Notes under the pieces: generated by a model
Database searches by the model: none
Seen by the model: the letters and a program-made list of their open reading frames with translations, nothing else
What the model was told of the DNA's origin: nothing
Shown here: positions 57,057 through 64,000 of the stretch, piece by piece
Position numbering within the stretch: the first letter of the stretch is position 1
Layout: the number at the start of each line of letters is the position of its first letter
Assembly: GCA_903870275.1 (NCBI GenBank)
Contig: CAIQCK010000121.1
Span: 192,461 to 256,460, forward strand
Length of the DNA: 64,000 nucleotides
From: an uncultured bacterium
GTDB taxonomy: Bacteria; Verrucomicrobiota; Verrucomicrobiia; CAIQCK01
Reading direction: 5' to 3'
Translations under genes and position numbers: made by a program

Positions 57057-58322
57057 TCAGCCGACGATCCCGGCGATATCGATCATGTAAACCTGGCGCC
57101 CGCCGTTGTGCGGCGAGTCGAAAATGACTTTTTTACCGTCGCGGCTGCAACACGGATGCGTGTCGCAACGCCACTCGCCGGTGTATTCCTTGGGCGAGAG
57201 AAAATGGCCGAGTTCGACGCGGCGGTTGGTGGGGATGTGGAACATGTGGATGTTCTGGCAACGCTGCTTGTCGGGATAGGTGTCGTTGAGCACCCACTCG
57301 TTGCGCGTGCAGGGGACGTGGGTGATGTGGCCATCGCCGCGGTTGAGCACTCCCTCGCCAATGACCTCGACGTTGCGGGTCTTGTCCTCGAAGATGCAGA
57401 ACTTCCACTCGTTGTCGGGCGGATGGCCAGCGTAGGCGGTGATGTGGTTCGCGTCGCGCCAGACGAAGTGCGAGACCTTGCCGTTCGGGATGAGTTGATA
57501 CAAATCCGTGCCGTCCGGCCGGGCGGTGAAGGCGCGCGTGAGAAAACCCTTCTTTCCCGGCTGGCTCCAGCGATGCAGGAAGAAAAACCGCGTGCCGTCG
57601 GTGTTGACGAGCAGATGGTTGAACCAGTGCTTCGACTCGGCGTTGAATGCCAGCGCCGGCGGGCCGGTGAACGGAATCTTTGCCACCTCGGCAAACGGGA
57701 GCACCAGCGTCTGTTTGCCGGTGCGCATGTCCATGCGCCAGATGCCGGCGTTGTCGGGCGCGAGCACGTCGCGGTTCGGGTCGGGAATGCCGGTGTAGCC
57801 GTAGCCGGGCCGCGTGTCGTTGAGCCGGCGGAAATCGGGCGCGACCGCCCAACGGCCGTCGGGGCTGAGGGCGTAAAACGGATTCGGCAGCGTGCGTTTC
57901 TTGCCCGACTTTACGTCGAGCACGTGGCTGACGAAACGGTCGCCCTCGCGGTCGTTCCACGCCACCTCGCTCTTGGTGCCTGGCACCCATTGCATCATGC
58001 AACCCTGCTGCCAGTTCCAGGCGCGGGAACTGCCGAGTTCGGTCCACTGGTCGCCGTCCTGGATGTCCACCATGCCGACATGGATCACGTCGTCCGCCGT
58101 CGGCGAGCGGCCTTCGAAGTCCACCTCGTTGCAGACCACGAGGCGGTTGGCCGGGTCGAACAACAGCTTGTCGTAATAAGCGCGCCAATGAAACTTCGGC
58201 CCGCGCGTGATGGCGCGGACGGGCGGCAGTTTTTCTTCCGAGGCCCGGGCTGACGCAAGGCCGGCCAGCGGAAGGGACGCGAGCGTCTTGATGAGATCTC
58301 TGCGATTCCAGACGGTGCTCAT
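57057..58322 (-). CDS. Tat-exported beta-propeller protein, oligogalacturonate-lyase/TolB-like
   Basis: NRRDLI Tat-like motif; YYDK, AWNWQQG, WFNHL, SHFVW, DGH, NDTYPD, RCDTHP...FDSPH. Confidence 0.65.
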   Translation of the reverse strand: MSTVWNRRDLIKTLASLPLAGLASARASEEKLPPVRAITRGPKFHWRAYYDKLLFDPANRLVVCNEVDFEGRSPTADDVIHVGMVDIQDGDQWTELGSSRAWNWQQGCMMQWVPGTKSEVAWNDREGDRFVSHVLDVKSGKKRTLPNPFYALSPDGRWAVAPDFRRLNDTRPGYGYTGIPDPNRDVLAPDNAGIWRMDMRTGKQTLVLPFAEVAKIPFTGPPALAFNAESKHWFNHLLVNTDGTRFFFLHRWSQPGKKGFLTRAFTARPDGTDLYQLIPNGKVSHFVWRDANHITAYAGHPPDNEWKFCIFEDKTRNVEVIGEGVLNRGDGHITHVPCTRNEWVLNDTYPDKQRCQNIHMFHIPTNRRVELGHFLSPKEYTGEWRCDTHPCCSRDGKKVIFDSPHNGGRQVYMIDIAGIVG

Positions 58323-58693
58323 TGTTGGATGACTCCCGGATTGCCGGGTCTTAATCGACCCATTCGCCTTCACGTTCTCTGTCCGCATACGCGATGTTAT
58401 GCCTTCTGGCCGGTCAGTTCCTCTTTGAATCCACAGATTCACCGACGGTTTGACTTTGACTCGTCACCTGCACTCTATGCCGGCGGGTGTCCGCACGGCT
58501 ACATGGAACCCGACGTATACTGGTATTTTTCCGATGCGGGCGGCATGTCGGAATGACGCCGCGAACCGCCGCCGCTGTCAATGTCATTCTTGTCGTTGCT
58601 ACTGCACTCTTGTAATCGGTCCGGTCTGCGCTACTCTGCCTCGCATCAAAGGAACCCGGTCTGCGCTAATTCTCATCGAAAGGAAAAGCCAAC

Positions 58694-60112
58694 ATGATTT
58701 GCTCTCGTGCCCTGAAACTTCTGTTCTCCACGCTGTGCCTTGGCTTGCTGGTCGGCGCCGCTTGCGCTCAATCCCAACCATCCTCCACCGGCGCGCTGCC
58801 GCCGGCCTCCGAGCGCCTCGTGGTTCTCATCAGCGTGGACGGGCTGGCGGCTTACTATCTCAACGATCCGAAGGCCGACATGCCGACGATTCGCCGGCTC
58901 GCGCGGGAGGGCGTTGGCGGCAACGGCATGAAATGCGCGATGCCGTCGGTGACGTGGCCGACGCACACGACGATGGCCACCGGCTGCTGGGCCGGCCGCC
59001 ACGGCGTCATTGGCAATTCGTATTGGGACCGCGAGGCCGGCAAGAGCGTGGCGTTCATTCCCGACCCGCTGTTCGACAAGGACGAGATCGTGAAGGTGCC
59101 AACAATCTATGATGTGGCGCATCGTGCCGGCTTGAAAACCGCGGGTATCTGCTGGCCCGCCAGCCGCAATGCGAAGACGTTCGACTGGACCGTGCCGGAT
59201 ATTTTTCCCGACGACCTCTTTCAGAAGTATTCAACGCCGTCGTGGCTCGTCGAGTTGCGCGAGGCGAACATTCCGTTCTGGATGCAGGAGACGTGGTGCA
59301 AAGCGCCGGCCGGCGGCGCCCAGCGCGACTGGATGTATGCGCGCATGGCCGCGCAGGTGATTTACAAGCACCGGCCGAACCTGCTGATGCTGCACTTGAT
59401 GGAGACCGACCACGTGCAGCACGCCAAAGGACCGCAGACGCCCGACGCGTATTGGGCGTGCAGCTACGAGGATGATCGCGTGAGCACTGTGCTGGAGGCG
59501 GCAAAGGAGATGTTCCCCGGTCGCGTGACGTTCATCGTCGTTTCCGACCACGGCTTCAATCCCTATACGCGCGAAATCCGGCCGAACGTGAAGCTGCGGC
59601 AGGACGGCTTGGTCAAAATGGAGGGCAGCAAGGTCGTCGCGCGCCAGGCGACCGCGTTGGGGCAGGGCGGCAGCACGTTCATTTACGTGCTCGACAAGGA
59701 GCACCGCGCGGAAATCGTGTCGAAGCTCGCGGCAGAGTTTCGCGCCGTCGAGGGCGTGGAGGTGGCCATCGAGCCGAAGGACTTTGCGAAGTATGGCATG
59801 GTCACGCCCGACAAGGACCCGCGCATGGGCGACCTGGTGTTGAGCGCGAAGGAGGGTTTTTCGTTTTCCGACAGCGCCGCCGGCGACGCCGTGGTCACGC
59901 CGCCGAGCGAGACGCTGAAAGGCACGCACGGCTACAACCCGGAACAAAAGAAAATGCGGGCGACGTTCGTAGCTTGGGGCGCGGGCATCCGGCGCGGCGT
60001 GAAGCTGACCGACATGGAGGCCGTTGACCTCGCGCCAACGATCGCGCGACTGCTCGGGTTGACGATGCCGGACGTGGACGGCAAGGTGCGTGAGGACATT
60101 CTGGCGAAATAA
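58694..60112 (+). CDS. Secreted alkaline-phosphatase-superfamily nucleotide pyrophosphatase/phosphodiesterase
   Basis: ISVDG, PSVTWPTHTT (catalytic Thr), HGVIGN, DHVQH, VSDHG, GTHGY. Confidence 0.9.
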   Translation: MICSRALKLLFSTLCLGLLVGAACAQSQPSSTGALPPASERLVVLISVDGLAAYYLNDPKADMPTIRRLAREGVGGNGMKCAMPSVTWPTHTTMATGCWAGRHGVIGNSYWDREAGKSVAFIPDPLFDKDEIVKVPTIYDVAHRAGLKTAGICWPASRNAKTFDWTVPDIFPDDLFQKYSTPSWLVELREANIPFWMQETWCKAPAGGAQRDWMYARMAAQVIYKHRPNLLMLHLMETDHVQHAKGPQTPDAYWACSYEDDRVSTVLEAAKEMFPGRVTFIVVSDHGFNPYTREIRPNVKLRQDGLVKMEGSKVVARQATALGQGGSTFIYVLDKEHRAEIVSKLAAEFRAVEGVEVAIEPKDFAKYGMVTPDKDPRMGDLVLSAKEGFSFSDSAAGDAVVTPPSETLKGTHGYNPEQKKMRATFVAWGAGIRRGVKLTDMEAVDLAPTIARLLGLTMPDVDGKVREDILAK

Positions 60113-60118
60113 ACTCCG

Positions 60119-61381
60119 GTGAGGCTGCTCGTCCACGCGTTTCTGTTTGCGGTGGCCGTCTCTGCGGCGATGGCGGCGGAGATGCCTCCATCGCAGACCG
60201 TTCCGTGGGAACAAATCCGCTCCGTTCCGATGGCCGGCGGCTTGCGCGCGTTCTGGGACGTGGGCGGCGGCGACCGCGACTTCAACCGCGAGCAGGCGGC
60301 GCGGCACGGGTTTGAGATCGTGGACCTGCTCGGCACCTACTCAGATTATCCCGGCAGGCAGAAGGAGAACATCAGCAACTTCCTCAAGGAGAACCGCGTC
60401 AACCCGTGGCGGAAGCCGGATTATTTCGAGCGGATCATCAAGCGCAACATCGCATCCGCCGGCGGCAAGGGCGCGATCTTTGTCCACGACATCGAATTTG
60501 GTTTTGAGGAGGACATCGGGAAGGCGTGGGCCGACGAAGAGGCACGGAAGGCGTCCGGCGCGAAGACGGAGAAACAGTTTGCCGAAGCCTACTACCGCGA
60601 ATGGGCGACGTGGTTCTCGCTGCCGTGCCTTTGGGCGAAGGAGCAATGGCCGCATGAACCGGTGGGGATTTACGGCCCGCAGCCGTTCCGTCGTGACTAC
60701 TGGGGCATTGCCGGCAAAAGCGCGCAGCAGATTGACGGCACGCACGCGCGCGACGCGGACCTTTGGGAGCACATTGACCGGTTCGTGGACTTCTACATTG
60801 CCAGCGTCTATGTCTTCTACGACGACCCCGGCTCGGTTTACTACATCGCGTCGAACATCGAGGAGAACGTCGCGCGGACCCGCCGTTATGGCAGCAAACC
60901 CCTCTACGCCTACGAGTGGCTTCGCTACCACGACAGCAACAAAAAGCTCGCCGGCCAAGAACTGGCACCGTATCAGGTGGAGGCGATGGCCGTGTTGCCG
61001 TATTTCACCGGCGCGCGCGGGCTGGTGCTTTGGGGATGGGAACCGAAACGCAAGGGCCAGTATTACGAGCGGCTACAGCTGTTCATGAACAGCCTCGGCC
61101 GCGTGTCGGACCTGTCCGCGAAGATCGCGAAGGCGGAACTGGTTGTGGACGAGCCGGCTCATTTGCTCTGGAAAGAAAAACGCCCGCTGGTGCGGCGGCT
61201 CCGCGTCGCGGCCGGCGAGTGGATCGTGATGGCGGTCAACCCGTGGCAGGCCGAGGACGCGCGGAGCAGCGTCCGTGTGAATTGCGACGGCCAGCCCGTC
61301 GAGCTTTCGATCGAAGGCCGGCACACAGAGATCTATCACATCGAGTCGGGGCGCGTTTTGCGCCTGCAGGCGGCGCCTTGA
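60119..61381 (+). CDS. Secreted hypothetical protein, possible glycoside-hydrolase TIM barrel
   Basis: GTG start and signal peptide; aromatic-rich, with FVHDIE, VGIYG and GARGLVLWG motifs; flush with neighbouring genes. Confidence 0.6.
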   Translation: MRLLVHAFLFAVAVSAAMAAEMPPSQTVPWEQIRSVPMAGGLRAFWDVGGGDRDFNREQAARHGFEIVDLLGTYSDYPGRQKENISNFLKENRVNPWRKPDYFERIIKRNIASAGGKGAIFVHDIEFGFEEDIGKAWADEEARKASGAKTEKQFAEAYYREWATWFSLPCLWAKEQWPHEPVGIYGPQPFRRDYWGIAGKSAQQIDGTHARDADLWEHIDRFVDFYIASVYVFYDDPGSVYYIASNIEENVARTRRYGSKPLYAYEWLRYHDSNKKLAGQELAPYQVEAMAVLPYFTGARGLVLWGWEPKRKGQYYERLQLFMNSLGRVSDLSAKIAKAELVVDEPAHLLWKEKRPLVRRLRVAAGEWIVMAVNPWQAEDARSSVRVNCDGQPVELSIEGRHTEIYHIESGRVLRLQAAP

Positions 61382-61418
61382 ACGCCGTGACCGACAACAG
61401 TTGATGAGGAACGACAGA

Positions 61419-63545
61419 ATGAAAGCATGGTTCATTGCAGCAACAGTGATTGCAGCGCAGACAGCGTGGTCCCCGGCGACCGCCGCCGAGCCGGCGCGCA
61501 CCGACATGGTCATTTACGGCGCGACCTCCGGCGGCGTGGCGGCGGCCATCGCGGCGTCGCGCGAAGGCAAGAGCGTGCTGCTGCTGGAGCCGGGCCGGCA
61601 TCTCGGCGGGCTGACCACCGGCGGCTTGGGCGCGACCGACATTGGCAACAAGGCGGCCATCGGCGGCATCGCGCGGGAGTTTTACGAGCGCATCCACCAG
61701 CACTACTCGAAACCGGAGTCGTGGTATCTGGAGAAACCGGAGGAGGTCGCGAAGCAAATGGCCGGACAGGAGCGCGGCAAGGACCCGCTCGTTGAAAAGA
61801 CCGGCCGGCCCACGAAATGGACGTTCGAGCCGCACGTGGCGATGGACCTCTACAAGCAGATGTTGCGTGAGGCGAAGGTGGAGTGCCTGTTCGAGCAGCG
61901 GCTCGCGACGGTGAAGAAGGACGGCGCGCGCATCGTGGAGATCGCGATGGAAAACGGCCGCGTGTTCGCTGGCAGGATGTTCATTGACGCCAGCTACGAA
62001 GGCGACCTGATGGCGAAGGCCGGCGTTTCCTACCACGTCGGCCGCGAGGCGAATGCAAAATACGGCGAGACGATCAACGGCGTCCGCGCCGTGACGCCGC
62101 AGCACCAGTTCAAGGTGGCGGTGGACCCGTACGTGAAGCCGGGCGACCCGTCGAGCGGATTGCTGCCGTTCGTCCAGCCGGGTGATGGCGGCAAGCCGGG
62201 CGACGGCGACCGCTGCGTGCAGGCCTATAACTTCCGCCTTTGCATGACGAAAGTGGACGGCAACAAACTTCCGTGGATCGCGCCGCCGGGCTACGACGAG
62301 AAGAAATACGAGCTGCTGGCGCGTTACCTCGAAGCGCAGGTCGCCGCCGGCAGGATGCCGAAGGTCGGCGAGTTGATGAACCCCGTGCGGATGCCGAACG
62401 GCAAGACCGACACCAACAACAACGGGCCGTTCTCCAGCGACTTCATCGGCGCGAATTACGATTACCCCGACGGCGATTACGCCACGCGCGAGCGCATTTG
62501 GAAGGAGCACGAAAACTACCATCGTGGTTTCCTTTATTTTCTCGCGACCAGCCGGCGCGTGCCCCAGCCGCTGCACAACGAGATGAACGAGTGGGGTCTG
62601 GCGAAGGACGAGTTCGCCACCACGGCCGGCTGGCCGGCGCAGATGTATGTCCGCGAGGCGCGGCGGATGATTTCCGATTACGTCATGACTGAGCACGATT
62701 GCCGTTGGGAGCGCAAGGTGGCGGACGGCGTCGGTCTCGGCGCCTACAACATGGACAGCCACAACTGCCAGCGCCTCGTCAAAAACGGCCGCGCCGAGAA
62801 CGAAGGCGACGTGCAGGTGGCCGTGCGCGGCCCGTATCCGGTCTCGTATCGCTCCCTCGTGCCGAAAGCCGCCGAGTGCAACAACCTCTTCGTGCCGGTC
62901 TGCCTCTCGGCGACGCACATCGCCTACGGGTCCATCCGCATGGAGCCGGTCTTCATGATTCTGGGCCAGTCCAGCGCCGTGGCGGCGGCGATAGCGATGG
63001 ACGACGGCGTGACGGCGCAGCAGGTCTCCTACAAAAAACTCGCCGCGAAACTGAAGGCACAGGGCCAGATCATCACCAACGAGGGTTTCCCCGTCCGGCA
63101 GCCGCACAGCGCCTTGGCTCTCGACGCCGGCAAGCTCGCCGGCATTGTCGTGGACGACTCGCAGGCGGCGGTCACGGGCGAGTGGGCGCACGGCGCTTCC
63201 GCCGGCCCGTTTGTCGGCGATGGCTATATCCACGACGGCAACACCGACAAGGGCCAGAAGCGCGTCCGCTACACGCCAAAGCTGCCGAAAGCCGGCCGCT
63301 ACGAAGTGCGCATCATCTACTCGCCGCTCGGCAATCGCGCCACCAACGTCCCCGTCGTCATCCACGCCGCCGACGGCGAGACAACCGTCGTGGTCAACCA
63401 GCGCCAGCCGCTTCCAGGCGGCCAGTCGTTGAAGCTGGGCGTCTTCCGATTCGACGCCGGCGCGGCGGGCTGGGTGGAGATTCGCAACGACGGCACCGAC
63501 GGCCACGTCATTGCCGACGCCGTCCAGTTCGTGCCGATCCAGTAG
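61419..63545 (+). CDS. Secreted FAD-dependent oxidoreductase with C-terminal golvesin/xanthan-lyase CBD-like domain
   Basis: VIYGATSGGVAAA, GGLTTGGLG, FIDASYEGDL, YVREARR, SATHIAYGSIRMEP; C-terminal IVVDD...NRATNVPV...VIADAVQF. Confidence 0.85.
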   Translation: MKAWFIAATVIAAQTAWSPATAAEPARTDMVIYGATSGGVAAAIAASREGKSVLLLEPGRHLGGLTTGGLGATDIGNKAAIGGIAREFYERIHQHYSKPESWYLEKPEEVAKQMAGQERGKDPLVEKTGRPTKWTFEPHVAMDLYKQMLREAKVECLFEQRLATVKKDGARIVEIAMENGRVFAGRMFIDASYEGDLMAKAGVSYHVGREANAKYGETINGVRAVTPQHQFKVAVDPYVKPGDPSSGLLPFVQPGDGGKPGDGDRCVQAYNFRLCMTKVDGNKLPWIAPPGYDEKKYELLARYLEAQVAAGRMPKVGELMNPVRMPNGKTDTNNNGPFSSDFIGANYDYPDGDYATRERIWKEHENYHRGFLYFLATSRRVPQPLHNEMNEWGLAKDEFATTAGWPAQMYVREARRMISDYVMTEHDCRWERKVADGVGLGAYNMDSHNCQRLVKNGRAENEGDVQVAVRGPYPVSYRSLVPKAAECNNLFVPVCLSATHIAYGSIRMEPVFMILGQSSAVAAAIAMDDGVTAQQVSYKKLAAKLKAQGQIITNEGFPVRQPHSALALDAGKLAGIVVDDSQAAVTGEWAHGASAGPFVGDGYIHDGNTDKGQKRVRYTPKLPKAGRYEVRIIYSPLGNRATNVPVVIHAADGETTVVVNQRQPLPGGQSLKLGVFRFDAGAAGWVEIRNDGTDGHVIADAVQFVPIQ

Positions 63546-63551
63546 AAAAAA

Positions 63552-64000
63552 ATGAAAAACAGCATGAAACCAGATCATCGCAGCCGAACAATCTCGCTCC
63601 ATGCCGCGGTGCTCTTGTTGGCGTGGATGCCGTCCATTTCTCTCGGCGAAACCTTCCCGGACACGACAGAAAATATCCACCTCGGCCTGACGTTCGATTA
63701 CGGCATGCCCAAACACGATCTGACTCCTCTGGCCGGCAGGGTGGATTACATCTGGGGCGCGTCGCCCGATTTCAAGGGGCGTGCGGTTCCTTCGATGCAT
63801 CACTACATGCCTTTTGAGCGCGATGCCAAACGCGACACCCTCGCCTGGCTGCAAGCCAATCATCCCGATTGGATAGTCTATCAAGCCGACCGCAAGACCG
63901 TCGCCTGGTCGTTCGGCTCCACTCATTCCGTCCCGATCGACATCACCAATCCCGAGGTCGTCGCCTACCAGCTGCAGGAGGCGGCCGAGTTCCTCGCCCG
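63552..64000 (+). CDS. Secreted hypothetical protein, possibly glycoside-hydrolase-like; 3'-truncated
   Basis: My translation: MKNSMKPDHRSRTISLHAAVLLLAWMPSISLGETFPDT...VDYIWGA...NHPDWIVYQADRKT...IDITNPEV; open to the window end and absent from the ORF track. Confidence 0.65.
   Translation, partial: MKNSMKPDHRSRTISLHAAVLLLAWMPSISLGETFPDTTENIHLGLTFDYGMPKHDLTPLAGRVDYIWGASPDFKGRAVPSMHHYMPFERDAKRDTLAWLQANHPDWIVYQADRKTVAWSFGSTHSVPIDITNPEVVAYQLQEAAEFLA

Overview
GC-rich bacterial window. The gene repertoire (PEP-CTERM giant with autotransporter-associated repeats, many Tat/Sec-exported Gfo/Idh/MocA, GH-like and PQQ-like propeller proteins) suggests the PVC superphylum, probably Verrucomicrobiota; this is an inference. 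In order, it holds: a 5'-truncated ~3,330-aa PEP-CTERM surface protein; an AraC regulator divergent from a corrinoid protein and methanol:corrinoid methyltransferase (mtaC-mtaB); a TauE exporter divergent from an apparent operon of two giant exported SAM-methyltransferase-fold/PQQ-like beta-propeller proteins, a Cys-motif membrane-anchored protein, a tandem-domain ModA, ModB, ModC and a HesA-type ThiF/MoeB enzyme; two further propeller paralogs sharing an upstream motif; a polyphosphate cluster (ROK kinase, ppx, ppk1, HD-CHAD); and a run of exported carbohydrate/redox enzymes. The best candidate for an undescribed system is the four-paralog propeller family, which conserves four cysteines and sits beside Mo/W-oxyanion uptake and sulfur-handling genes. 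The non-coding DNA is also rich: nested REP/REPIN/MITE-like elements, 8- and 9-bp-unit repeats, and 7-bp tandem repeats lying in frame at the same linker of three paralogs. No rRNA, tRNA, CRISPR array or transposase was recognised. All calls come from reading motifs by eye; no database searches were run.
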